Virus record (IMG/VR): IMGVR_UViG_3300037067_006927 | Location: 26,121-90,120 of that record | From: a virus | Taxonomy: Duplodnaviria; Caudoviricetes | Reading direction: 5' to 3' (one strand) | DNA: 64,000 bases | Shown: piece after piece, positions 35,956-44,712 of the stretch | Numbering within the stretch: position 1 is the stretch's first letter | How the letters are laid out: every line of letters begins with the position of its first letter | Made by a program: the position numbers and the translations under genes | The notes under the pieces: model-generated | What the model was told of the DNA's origin: nothing | Databases searched by the model: none | What the model saw: only the letters and a program-made list of their open reading frames with translations

Positions 35956-37377
35956 ATGACGGTCGACCGAGGGTGGATTGATGACGAGATCGTCATCAGC
36001 CTGACGAACGAGAACGTCACCCGTCGGTGCATCGACTACAGCGTCAAGTGCTCGGTGTTCAATCAGCCCAGCGCGTTCACCGTGCACCTCGGAGAACAGG
36101 AGTCGGCGCTCGAGATGCTGGCGAAGCACAAGCCGGGGCACCCGTTCGAGATCCGAATCCAGCGTGTGGTTCCCGGCTCTGGTGGCACATACGATCTGGA
36201 CGTCCCTCTACAGACCGGGCGCCTCGACGCGGTGGAGCTCGCCGACACGGACGCCACCACGGTTGAGATGCGTGGCCGCGACAACATGGCGGCGCTCTCC
36301 AAATCGTTCTTCATGCAGGAGGAAGCGTTCACGGAGGCGACCTTCTATGACATCACGGCGAAGCAACTGAAGGCAGTCGGGTTCGATCCAGATCTGTGGC
36401 TCACCACCGGAGAGGACGGGCGCAAGAAGGCGATCACGAACGCTGGCGGCGGTATGAAGCGCAGCGCGGCGCAGGTAGCGGAGCCAACCGTATCGACGGA
36501 CGCCGAGTTACAGAAGCTGTTCTCATGGACGCCGGCGCAGGAGATTGCGGAACGCGCTCCGGAGGAGGCGGCAGCGCTCCGTGCGATGGGAATAGAGCTG
36601 CAATCGAAACGATTCGGAACTTGGGTTCCATCGACGATGAGCTCGGCTCCGAGCGCGTCAAGCAGCAGCGTCGATGGGCAGACCGTCATGGTGGAGGACG
36701 TCACCGGAGGTCAGCCCAAGACGGAACTAAAGACGCTCAAGGCGATGGTAGGGCAGCAGCGGTACGAGTGGCTCAAGGCGCAGTACAAGCGCGTCGGGCT
36801 GTTCCTGTGGTGCGCTCCAGATGGGAAGTTCATCCTCTCCGCACCCAACACATCGCAAGAGCCGGCGTTCCGGTTGCAGCGACTGATCGCGGGGACGCCA
36901 GCCGAGACGAACATTCTCAGCGGTGGCTTTCGCAACGACACCGTCAGCCGCTACTCACACACGCTGGTCTACGGGCGCGCGGGTGGCGGAAAGGACGGGC
37001 GCAAGCAGATCGTCGGCCAGTACGTTGACCAGGAGATGGTCGACCTCGGGTGGATCTGCCAGATCAGTTCCGAGGACCGCGACATCAAGACGCAGAAGGC
37101 GGCCGACTACCTCGCGCGTCGATATGCGTCCGAGGCGCGGCGCTCGTCACGATCGCTGAACTACACGCTACCGGGTCACTCGGCGCCGTCGCTGATCCAC
37201 CCTGGCCAGCGGTTCCCGTTCTACGTCGGATGCGTGGTGCACGTGAAAGACGAGAAGTGCGGGCTCGACGGTAACTACTACCTAGGAGAGGTGGAGTTCA
37301 GTCGCAACCCGCAGAGCACGAGCAGGCTGACGCTCTATCACATGGACGATCTCGTATTCGCGGAAGAGGCTGCCTGA
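35956..37377 (+). CDS. baseplate hub protein (Mu gp44/gpP-like)
   Basis: YSVKCSVFNQPSAFTV, MRGRDNMAAL, LFLWCAPDGKFILS, YSHTLVYG. Confidence 0.8.
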   Translation: MTVDRGWIDDEIVISLTNENVTRRCIDYSVKCSVFNQPSAFTVHLGEQESALEMLAKHKPGHPFEIRIQRVVPGSGGTYDLDVPLQTGRLDAVELADTDATTVEMRGRDNMAALSKSFFMQEEAFTEATFYDITAKQLKAVGFDPDLWLTTGEDGRKKAITNAGGGMKRSAAQVAEPTVSTDAELQKLFSWTPAQEIAERAPEEAAALRAMGIELQSKRFGTWVPSTMSSAPSASSSSVDGQTVMVEDVTGGQPKTELKTLKAMVGQQRYEWLKAQYKRVGLFLWCAPDGKFILSAPNTSQEPAFRLQRLIAGTPAETNILSGGFRNDTVSRYSHTLVYGRAGGGKDGRKQIVGQYVDQEMVDLGWICQISSEDRDIKTQKAADYLARRYASEARRSSRSLNYTLPGHSAPSLIHPGQRFPFYVGCVVHVKDEKCGLDGNYYLGEVEFSRNPQSTSRLTLYHMDDLVFAEEAA

Positions 37378-38180
37378 TGTTCTGCACGGTCACCCTCACC
37401 GAGTACGACGAGAACGGGCACCTGCTCGTCCAACACGACGCCTATGGCAACGGCGGTGCTCCCGGCTCGATGAACGCCCATCAGTACGGATTCCTCTCGC
37501 GCCCGCATGACCCAGGAGCCGATGGCATCGGGTGCACGGTCGATGTCCGCAGCGATGGGTCCGAGCGGTTCGCCTGGGTTGGCGACGACACGCGGGCTAC
37601 GTCGTGGCTCCCACGATGCACCAAGGGCGGGTCGGCGCAGTACGGTGGCAAGCTGGGGTCGGCACTGACGTGGAGGGAGATCGACGGGGACACGGGGTCG
37701 ATCATCGACTACGTCCCGGTCGCGTGGGACGGGGCCGGAACCTGCACGGAGGCGCACAAGCTCGAGCTCGGGGTGGACGGCGGCGGCGATCCGATCTGCC
37801 AGATCATCCACTCGGACGGGTCCTGCCTGATGCTGTTCGACGGAGCGGCGACGCTGGCGGACGCTACCGGCGGCGGGTTCGTGTCGTGCAAGGGAGGCAA
37901 GGTGACCATCAGTGGCGCAACGAAGTGCGCCGGTGGGCTCGACGTTGGCGGCACTGGTGGCGTTGAGGTTCCGCTGCACCCCGGACTTGCTGCGGCGGTT
38001 TCCACGATGACCACAACGGTGAGCGCTGCGCTTGGGGCACTGAGCACCGCGGCTGGTAGCTCCATAGACCCAGCGTTGAAGGCGGCAATTCCCACGGCCT
38101 GCTCGGCGGTCATCGGTGCCATGACGGCGTTCTCGTCCGCGGTGACAGCTGCCAAGTCCACGATGTTGAAAACCTTATAG
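37377..38180 (+). CDS. baseplate central spike (Mu gp45/gpV-like)
   Basis: HQYGFLSRP OB-fold motif, GGSAQY, beta-helix-like Gly-rich segment. Confidence 0.75.
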   Translation: MFCTVTLTEYDENGHLLVQHDAYGNGGAPGSMNAHQYGFLSRPHDPGADGIGCTVDVRSDGSERFAWVGDDTRATSWLPRCTKGGSAQYGGKLGSALTWREIDGDTGSIIDYVPVAWDGAGTCTEAHKLELGVDGGGDPICQIIHSDGSCLMLFDGAATLADATGGGFVSCKGGKVTISGATKCAGGLDVGGTGGVEVPLHPGLAAAVSTMTTTVSAALGALSTAAGSSIDPALKAAIPTACSAVIGAMTAFSSAVTAAKSTMLKTL

Positions 38181-38186
38181 GCCACC

Positions 38187-38513
38187 ATGTCAGCGTGCGC
38201 CTTCATTCTGGTGCTGCTGGCACTGGCGCTACCACCGTCAGTCCCGCTCCCTGCGCTTCCTGACCCGCCAGCAATCCCGTTACCGCGAGTCACGCTACCG
38301 GGAGTCAAGGCGCCGACGTTCGGGATCACATTCCCACCGTCGTTCCCGCTGCCGGCGCTACCTACCCCTCCCCAGGTGCCTATCCCCCGCGTTCTCCTCC
38401 CCGGGGTCAAGGCACCGCTCTTCGGAATCGCGTTCCCTCCAGCATTGCCGCTGCCGGAGATACCCGATCTCCCGTCTGTTCCGACGCTCTCCTGCCCTCT
38501 CGACCGTGCGTGA
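38187..38513 (+). CDS. proline-rich repeat protein after the spike
   Basis: two ~34-aa repeats PPS.PLPALP.PP..P.PRV.LPGVKAP.FGI.F; N-terminal C and C-terminal CPLD. Confidence 0.6.
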   Translation: MSACAFILVLLALALPPSVPLPALPDPPAIPLPRVTLPGVKAPTFGITFPPSFPLPALPTPPQVPIPRVLLPGVKAPLFGIAFPPALPLPEIPDLPSVPTLSCPLDRA

Positions 38514-38516
38514 CCC

Positions 38517-38894
38517 ATGGCCACCTATCCTGCTGCCGTCCGGTGGAATCTCGCCACCCAGGACTATGATCTCAACGCGACCACGGGCGCTCATGTCGAG
38601 GCGCATCCGGTGGACGCGGCGGTCGTTTGCCGAATCGGATTCCGGCAGGGTTCGATCTCCGGCGACGCAACGAGTGGGCACACGTTGCACCTGCTTCCGA
38701 CCGTGCAGAATGACGAGCAGCGGAGTCGTGACATCTGGGAGCGGCAGACCAAATCGCTTGGGTCACTGATCACGGATGGGTCCGTCGAGATCGTGAGCAT
38801 TGAGGAAGAGTTCACGGTGGAGGGGCGGCTGTCGGTGCAGACGACGTATCGCAATTTGGCAACCGGGGAGACGGGCACGGTGACTAGTGGCTGA
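38517..38894 (+). CDS. baseplate wedge/sheath initiator (Mu gp46/gp25-like)
   Basis: size, position, LITDGSVEIVSIE...LSVQTTYRN. Confidence 0.7.
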   Translation: MATYPAAVRWNLATQDYDLNATTGAHVEAHPVDAAVVCRIGFRQGSISGDATSGHTLHLLPTVQNDEQRSRDIWERQTKSLGSLITDGSVEIVSIEEEFTVEGRLSVQTTYRNLATGETGTVTSG

Positions 38895-40365
38895 CCTCAC
38901 TACCAAGTCGCGAGAGCAGATCATCGCGGACTACCAGCGCGATTACCTGCTCCGGTGCCCGACCGCGCTGACGGGCCCAGGAACGCAGCCGTATCAGTCC
39001 GCGGTCCTGATCGCCGATCAGTTGCAGCCGCTGTATGCCAACTGCGTCAAGGCGGCGCGCGCGTCCGACTACGAGCTACAGTCGATCGAGGAACTCCGCA
39101 TCGAGGCCGAGCGTCTCGGCGTGGTGATCGCGGGCGCGGTGGGCTCGACCGGGTACGTCACGATCACGGCGGCTACGGCTGGAACCACGATCTTCTCGGG
39201 AGACGAGCTCACCGAGCCAAACACGAAGGCGCGATTCTACTGCCTAACGACCGCGCTCTACGCTGACGGCGCCGAGGTTCCGATTGCTTCTCGCGGGACT
39301 GGCCCCGCACAGAACCTCGACGGAGCGACGGTGCTCCAGTGGTCGGCGCCCCGTGCCGGTTGCGCGACCACCTGCGTCGTCTTCACCGATTCGAACGGCG
39401 ACGGACTGAAGGGTGGTTCTGACGAAGACGACCGCGAGCAGATCATCGAGAAGATCCGCGACCAGCTCGCGAATCCTCCCGGTGCAGGCAACGCGGCCGA
39501 GGTGCGCAATTGGGCCAAGGAAACACCTGCGGTGCAGATCGAGGAGGTCTTCGCATTCCCGTGCGCATACGGGCCCGGGACCTGCGGGTGGTGCTTCACG
39601 GTGCCGGCGGACAGCACCGGATCGCGCATCCCGACCGCACTTCAATCGGCGTTGGTCGGCGCGCAAATCGACGCATCCGCTCCGCACACTGACCTGTACT
39701 TCTACACGTCGATGACCGCGCTCGCGACCGCGATCGTGGCGCAGGTGACGTGGGATCCGGAGGCCGTTGGCTGGGCAGATGAGTCGCCATGGCCAGGGTA
39801 TTTCGCCACGTCCGGCGCAGGATCCGGATCCGTGCAGATCAGCGGAGCAACGGGACCGCTCACGTTCACGCTCGCCACTTCGGATGGTGACTACTCGACG
39901 TGCGGCGACCCGGTCACTGGCCAGGCACTGGCGTTCTGGGACAACACGAACAAGGTGTTTTGGAAGAAGGTGATCCTGACCGTAGCTGGCGGCGGACCAT
40001 GGGTGATCGTCTGCGACGGCACACTCGGCGCGTCGGACTCTACGTATACGCCCACCGTCGGACAGCGCGCCATGCCGTGGTCGGACTCGCTTGAGACGCT
40101 GATCGCTCCACTGGTCGCGCACTTCGACGGCATCGGACCAGGCGAAGCGAAGGCGACCACCTACCTAGATGGCTCTCGTGGCCGTCGCGATCCGAGTACT
40201 CCGAAGTATTGGCCGGCACAAATCACCAAGTCGCTAGAGGCCGCCATGGAGGCCGTGTCTACGGTCGAGTCGCTGGACCTGACGGAAGGCGGAACGGCTT
40301 TCGCTGCTGCGCACTTGCCGCCGTACCTGCTGACGCTCTCTCAGTTCTCCGTCTTCCCTGCATGA
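38887..40365 (+). CDS. baseplate J-like wedge protein (Mu gp47)
   Basis: GSTGYVTIT..AGTTI..G, GTGPAQN, GGSDEDDREQ, PPGAGN..VRNWA, GPGT. Confidence 0.88.
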   Translation: MADLTTKSREQIIADYQRDYLLRCPTALTGPGTQPYQSAVLIADQLQPLYANCVKAARASDYELQSIEELRIEAERLGVVIAGAVGSTGYVTITAATAGTTIFSGDELTEPNTKARFYCLTTALYADGAEVPIASRGTGPAQNLDGATVLQWSAPRAGCATTCVVFTDSNGDGLKGGSDEDDREQIIEKIRDQLANPPGAGNAAEVRNWAKETPAVQIEEVFAFPCAYGPGTCGWCFTVPADSTGSRIPTALQSALVGAQIDASAPHTDLYFYTSMTALATAIVAQVTWDPEAVGWADESPWPGYFATSGAGSGSVQISGATGPLTFTLATSDGDYSTCGDPVTGQALAFWDNTNKVFWKKVILTVAGGGPWVIVCDGTLGASDSTYTPTVGQRAMPWSDSLETLIAPLVAHFDGIGPGEAKATTYLDGSRGRRDPSTPKYWPAQITKSLEAAMEAVSTVESLDLTEGGTAFAAAHLPPYLLTLSQFSVFPA

Positions 40366-40374
40366 GGTAACGCC

Positions 40375-40857
40375 ATGGCAGCCGCAACAACCTATTCGTT
40401 TGACGACGCAGCGCCTACCAGGCCGAGCGTCGAGGATCTCGGCGGGGACGACAAGCTCGACGACGTCGGCGCACCACCCGGCGCGGGTGAGCCAGAGGCT
40501 GGCGCGTGGAACAACCTCATCCGACTCGCCGCCGGTTTCGCTCGCGTGTCTCCGACGGCTCGGATCTCTATCGGGTTCACGGCTGGCGCCCCGCACATCG
40601 CATCGCTAACCGCGATGCGCACGAACATTGCGGCCGCGGACATCACCGTTACCGACAACGCGCAGGGAGACACCACGCTCTCGTGGGCGGCGACCGTGCT
40701 TCCGCCGCAGACACAGCAGCCGAACGCGACGCCGAACTCTGCGGCGGCCAACCTGATTACCGCATACGTCGCCACGGCGCTATCCGTGCGCGTCGTCACG
40801 AAGGCTCACGACAACAGCGCGGTCGACGCCGAGTTCACCGTCGAAGTGTTCAGCTGA
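40375..40857 (+). CDS. hypothetical baseplate/fibre protein
   Basis: GAGG RBS; beta-rich; inside the baseplate operon. Confidence 0.55.
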   Translation: MAAATTYSFDDAAPTRPSVEDLGGDDKLDDVGAPPGAGEPEAGAWNNLIRLAAGFARVSPTARISIGFTAGAPHIASLTAMRTNIAAADITVTDNAQGDTTLSWAATVLPPQTQQPNATPNSAAANLITAYVATALSVRVVTKAHDNSAVDAEFTVEVFS

Positions 40858-40864
40858 AAGCGCC

Positions 40865-41812
40865 ATGAAGTTCTCCGCCTTCGCTCCCTTTGGGCACTTC
40901 CGTTTCAGCGGGAAGCCGCCGGTCGGTCAGACCATTTATGGCGCGATGCGCGAGTCGATGGGCGGAGACGAGAACCTCGGAGACGACTCGTTCACCGGCC
41001 CAATCTGCGGAGAGATGTTCGCCACGGCAATGGCACTCGCTGTCGTTCAGCGCACGGTGGACCGCGTCAATCTCGAACGGGTGCCGCACACGAGTAACGA
41101 ACTGATAGCGCGGCACGAGCGCGACTTCCGGATCGTAGTGCCGGCGGGCGCTACCATGGAGGACAGGCGCGCAGCACTGGAAACGGCGGAGCTACTGGCG
41201 CGCGGATGCGACTCGGTCACCGTGCAGGACGCGCTATCGGATCTCCTCGGCTCCGCACTGATCGCGGTGCGCGTTGCTGGCCCGACCGAGTATGTCGTGA
41301 GCCCGGCGAACTGGGACACGACGGGCCCCGGAAACTGGAAGAAGGCCGGCAAGGAATCGAAGTGGCGCCAGCTCACCGCGTCCGTTGACCCGGGCAGCTA
41401 CGCGATCACGTCCACGGATCTCAACGGCGGCGGAGCGTTCATCGGCGGCGACGTTGCCGTAATCGATCCTGGGCTCTCTGGCATCCAGGAGAAGGTAACG
41501 ATCGTTGGAAGCGGCGGCAGTACCGTTACAGCAACCTTCGTCCGGCACCACGACGTCGGAGCCAACATCACCACGGAGCCGTGGCCATGGGCACAGACGA
41601 CAAGCCGCCATGTCCTGGTGGTGGTGACGGCTGCGATCTCGCACTCTACGGCGTGGCGGAAGAAGATCGCCGCATTGCTCGGCAAGATGCTCCGTGCTGT
41701 TGATACGTGGGACGTCGTCGAGGAGTCGGCGCCCGGTTTGCTCGGCCCGTTCACCGTCGGCGTCGGCATGATCGGCATCACTCCGATCGTGCAGATGACC
41801 ACCGTTCCGTGA
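40865..41812 (+). CDS. baseplate wedge protein (Mu gp48/YmfQ-like) with extra beta domain
   Basis: ELIARHERDFRI..GATMEDRRAAL. Confidence 0.7.
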   Translation: MKFSAFAPFGHFRFSGKPPVGQTIYGAMRESMGGDENLGDDSFTGPICGEMFATAMALAVVQRTVDRVNLERVPHTSNELIARHERDFRIVVPAGATMEDRRAALETAELLARGCDSVTVQDALSDLLGSALIAVRVAGPTEYVVSPANWDTTGPGNWKKAGKESKWRQLTASVDPGSYAITSTDLNGGGAFIGGDVAVIDPGLSGIQEKVTIVGSGGSTVTATFVRHHDVGANITTEPWPWAQTTSRHVLVVVTAAISHSTAWRKKIAALLGKMLRAVDTWDVVEESAPGLLGPFTVGVGMIGITPIVQMTTVP

Positions 41813-41819
41813 GGATGAT

Positions 41820-42722
41820 ATGGCGCACTTTGCACTGATTCGCGCGGACGTCGGCGCATGGGCGGTCGCTACCGTGGTAGACCCGGCGGAGTTCTGGGCG
41901 CTGGACGAGGGCCGATTCAAGAGCATCAACGGTGACGATGGCGGGACGTGGAATCCGGCGGCGTTCGTGTCGATCGGGGGCGCTGGCGTTCAGCTCACCG
42001 GAGTCAACCACTCGATAACCGGTGCAATCACCGTGGGGAATGGCGCGCAACTGATACTCGCTGGCGGATCAACAATCCAGGTTCAAAGCGGCGCAGAGGT
42101 CCAGCACATTCTTGGCGGAGCTAGCAGGTGGTATGGCGGGAGCGCTGCGATATTTGAGTCCACGGCACTGCTAAATATAAATCTCGGCGCAGTACTTAGC
42201 GTCGACGGCATATGCAACGCAGAAAACGGAGGTGCGTTCGTAGGAAAGAACGGGTCTGCGTTTACGCTCGACGCAGGATGTACCGTCTCCATCGAGGCCG
42301 ACGTGGCCCTCGGCAGTATCCTCACGGCCGACGCCGGTTCGTCAGTAGTGCTAAACGGCGCGAATACCATCGCTGGCGCCACGGTTACGGCTCCGTTGGT
42401 ATGCACCACTGACGGTGAGTTCCGGGAACGAGCGCTTCAGACGATAACTGACGGAGACGCAAGCTACGGGGTTGCTGACGCCACCATAATATCCATGGCT
42501 GATGGGCACCTGACTGTAGGCAGGACATGGACCATAGTTACCGCCGGAGCCGGTAACGGATCGTCCATGACGCTGATGAATCAGGACAACACCCACACGA
42601 TCTATGTCGTCGCCGGTGGTGTCACGTACCCACTGCTAAACTCCAGCGGGTACAACAAATCAATCGTACTAAAGATGGTAAACGCCACGTGGCAAGCGGC
42701 GGCAGCATACGCCGTTCCATAG
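41820..42722 (+). CDS. tail fibre/receptor-binding-like protein
   Basis: Gly/Ala/Ile beta-helix-like; visibly more AT-rich codons than its neighbours. Confidence 0.6.
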   Translation: MAHFALIRADVGAWAVATVVDPAEFWALDEGRFKSINGDDGGTWNPAAFVSIGGAGVQLTGVNHSITGAITVGNGAQLILAGGSTIQVQSGAEVQHILGGASRWYGGSAAIFESTALLNINLGAVLSVDGICNAENGGAFVGKNGSAFTLDAGCTVSIEADVALGSILTADAGSSVVLNGANTIAGATVTAPLVCTTDGEFRERALQTITDGDASYGVADATIISMADGHLTVGRTWTIVTAGAGNGSSMTLMNQDNTHTIYVVAGGVTYPLLNSSGYNKSIVLKMVNATWQAAAAYAVP

Positions 42723-42729
42723 CCTTAGA

Positions 42730-43599
42730 TCACCCGGTAACTGAGCACGACGTTTGTGCGCGATTGTACGCCGGGCTACCGACGAAGACACAGTGGTGCG
42801 TGTCGGGATTGATCCCGATGTCCGCTGACCCTCCGCTGGGGCGGGCGTCCGGGTCGCATAGTTCCCAGCACATGCAGTCGATCATCACGCCGAGCGTGAT
42901 GATGTGATCGGAGTGGCAAGTGCCGTCAGCCTCACAGCAGTATTCTGCGGTACAGCAATCCGAATCGTCGCAGTCGGTGGCGCCGTCCTCGTCGTCGTCA
43001 GTGTGATCCCAGCAAGCCGTTTCGGTGGTGGGACCGGTGCCGCCGGTTCCAACGGATCCGCCGGTATCGCTGCCACCTGTACTCGTGGTGCCACCAGTTC
43101 CGACGTCAATCCCTCCGGTTGCGGATCCGCCAGTGAGCGTCCCCCCGGTCGGTGTCGTCCCTCCGGTAGCCAGTCCTCCCGTTCCCATCCCGCCAGTTGG
43201 GTTTCCGCCGGTGGCAGGATCGGAACACTCGCACTCACCCCACCCGCTGCCGTCGGCCAAGCACGACTGGACGCCAACGTCACCGATGCCGACGCACGGG
43301 CACGCAACCTGCCGCCCAGCCTCGCACACCGGCTCCGTCGATCCTCCGGTTGCCGTTCCTCCCGTCTGAGCGCCACCCGTAGCCGTCCCGCCCGTGGCAG
43401 GCACCGTGCCTCCCGTCGTATTCCCGCCCGTCTCCTGGTCCCCACCAGTGGCCTCGGTGAGCGCCTCGCCACCGGTAGCCTCGACGACCGCGCCAGCGGA
43501 CCCGCCCGTCTCGTACAGCGTCTCGGCATCGACTCCGATCTCGGAGCCTCCACCGCAGGCCATGAGCACCAGCCCAACAGCAATCACTAGAGCGCGCAT
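42730..43599 (-). CDS. lipoprotein moron with TGG linkers and Cys-rich domains
   Basis: lipobox LMA-C15 (ATG at 43599); more than 15 TGG motifs; CEAGRQVACPC..QSC..GWGECEC; DDDEDGATDCDDSDCC. Confidence 0.8.
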   Translation of the reverse strand: MRALVIAVGLVLMACGGGSEIGVDAETLYETGGSAGAVVEATGGEALTEATGGDQETGGNTTGGTVPATGGTATGGAQTGGTATGGSTEPVCEAGRQVACPCVGIGDVGVQSCLADGSGWGECECSDPATGGNPTGGMGTGGLATGGTTPTGGTLTGGSATGGIDVGTGGTTSTGGSDTGGSVGTGGTGPTTETACWDHTDDDEDGATDCDDSDCCTAEYCCEADGTCHSDHIITLGVMIDCMCWELCDPDARPSGGSADIGINPDTHHCVFVGSPAYNRAQTSCSVTG

Positions 43600-43623
43600 C
43601 GTCTCTCGTCTCCCTGACCGCTG

Positions 43624-43652
43624 ATCGTGCGTCCGCCTAGCCGATCGCGCAA
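43624..43652 (-). promoter_or_regulatory. putative sigma70-like promoter of the lipoprotein moron
   Basis: TTGCGC-N17-CACGAT on the minus strand, ~25 nt upstream of the ATG. Confidence 0.35.
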
Positions 43653-43692
43653 GTGTACGTCCGTTCACCACCCCGAAGGGTGAGGAAATCCC

Positions 43693-44703
43693 ATGTCGTC
43701 AATCCTCGTACAAGCCTCGGTCACCGGCGGAGCCTACTCGGGCGGGAAGCGCACCGTTGTCGTCGGCGATACCGTCCAGTTCCGTCTCGACCCTCAGTAC
43801 GTGGACGGCGTCTCGATCGTCCTCTGGGAAATCTACGAGGCACCGACCGGATACACGACGCCAGCCGGTTGGACCGCGGACGCGACTGGACTTGCGTGGT
43901 CCTACGTCGCAACAGCCGGCACCGGGCTCATGCCGCCGTTGGTCGACCTGGCTGGTGACCCATGGGGCAAGTACCTCATTCGCGCCACGGCCAACAACGG
44001 AGTCATGGGCGGCGCCGTCACGACCGACGCGGTTGACGAGTCGTGTTGCCTGGTGATGGTTTCGTCCGCCGGGATCGAGAATGTTGCGGCGCTCGAAACC
44101 GACCAGAGCGACCCGCGCGGAGCACTGGCGATCGTCAAGCAAGCAATCGAGGATCTCGAGCCGTTCATTCCGCCGGCTGGCGCGCTGGCGGGTGACATCG
44201 CAATCGCAGACGGAGCCGGTGGGTGGACCTCCGGTGACCCCGCCATCATCCTCCGCACCGGATACGACTTCCACGTCGCGAACATCTCCGTCCCGAATGA
44301 CGGCGTCGGCACCGGCTACACGACGATCCTGACGACGACCCGCGCCGCGCTCTTCTCCGCAACCCAGCGCGCCCGCCCGATCGCGATCGTCCTCGCCGTG
44401 CGCAAGTACGCGGCGGCAGCGAGCGACCCGATCGACTTCGTTTTCGCGACCGTGACGATGACGAGGCGCGACGCCGGTACGGACACGCTGGTTACCGATG
44501 CCGGGACGGTGGACTCGAGTACGCCAGCGAGCATCACTGGCACACTGACCCTCCCCGCTGCCGCGCAGGTGCTGGGCTACCGGTTCCGCTGTGGCTCGGG
44601 AGGCACGTTGCAGAACGTCTACCTCGAGATCCGGAGGGACATCGCCCAGGATCGCTATGTCGAGGCGTGGCTCTACCTCGACAACGAGTACACGATCGCC
44701 TGA
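43693..44703 (+). CDS. virion structural protein (Ig/PKD-like N-terminus, fibre-like)
   Basis: VVVGDTVQF..VLWEI; GKYLIRAT; GDIAIADG.GGW knuckle motif. Confidence 0.6.
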   Translation: MSSILVQASVTGGAYSGGKRTVVVGDTVQFRLDPQYVDGVSIVLWEIYEAPTGYTTPAGWTADATGLAWSYVATAGTGLMPPLVDLAGDPWGKYLIRATANNGVMGGAVTTDAVDESCCLVMVSSAGIENVAALETDQSDPRGALAIVKQAIEDLEPFIPPAGALAGDIAIADGAGGWTSGDPAIILRTGYDFHVANISVPNDGVGTGYTTILTTTRAALFSATQRARPIAIVLAVRKYAAAASDPIDFVFATVTMTRRDAGTDTLVTDAGTVDSSTPASITGTLTLPAAAQVLGYRFRCGSGGTLQNVYLEIRRDIAQDRYVEAWLYLDNEYTIA

Positions 44704-44712
44704 CGGAGCACC

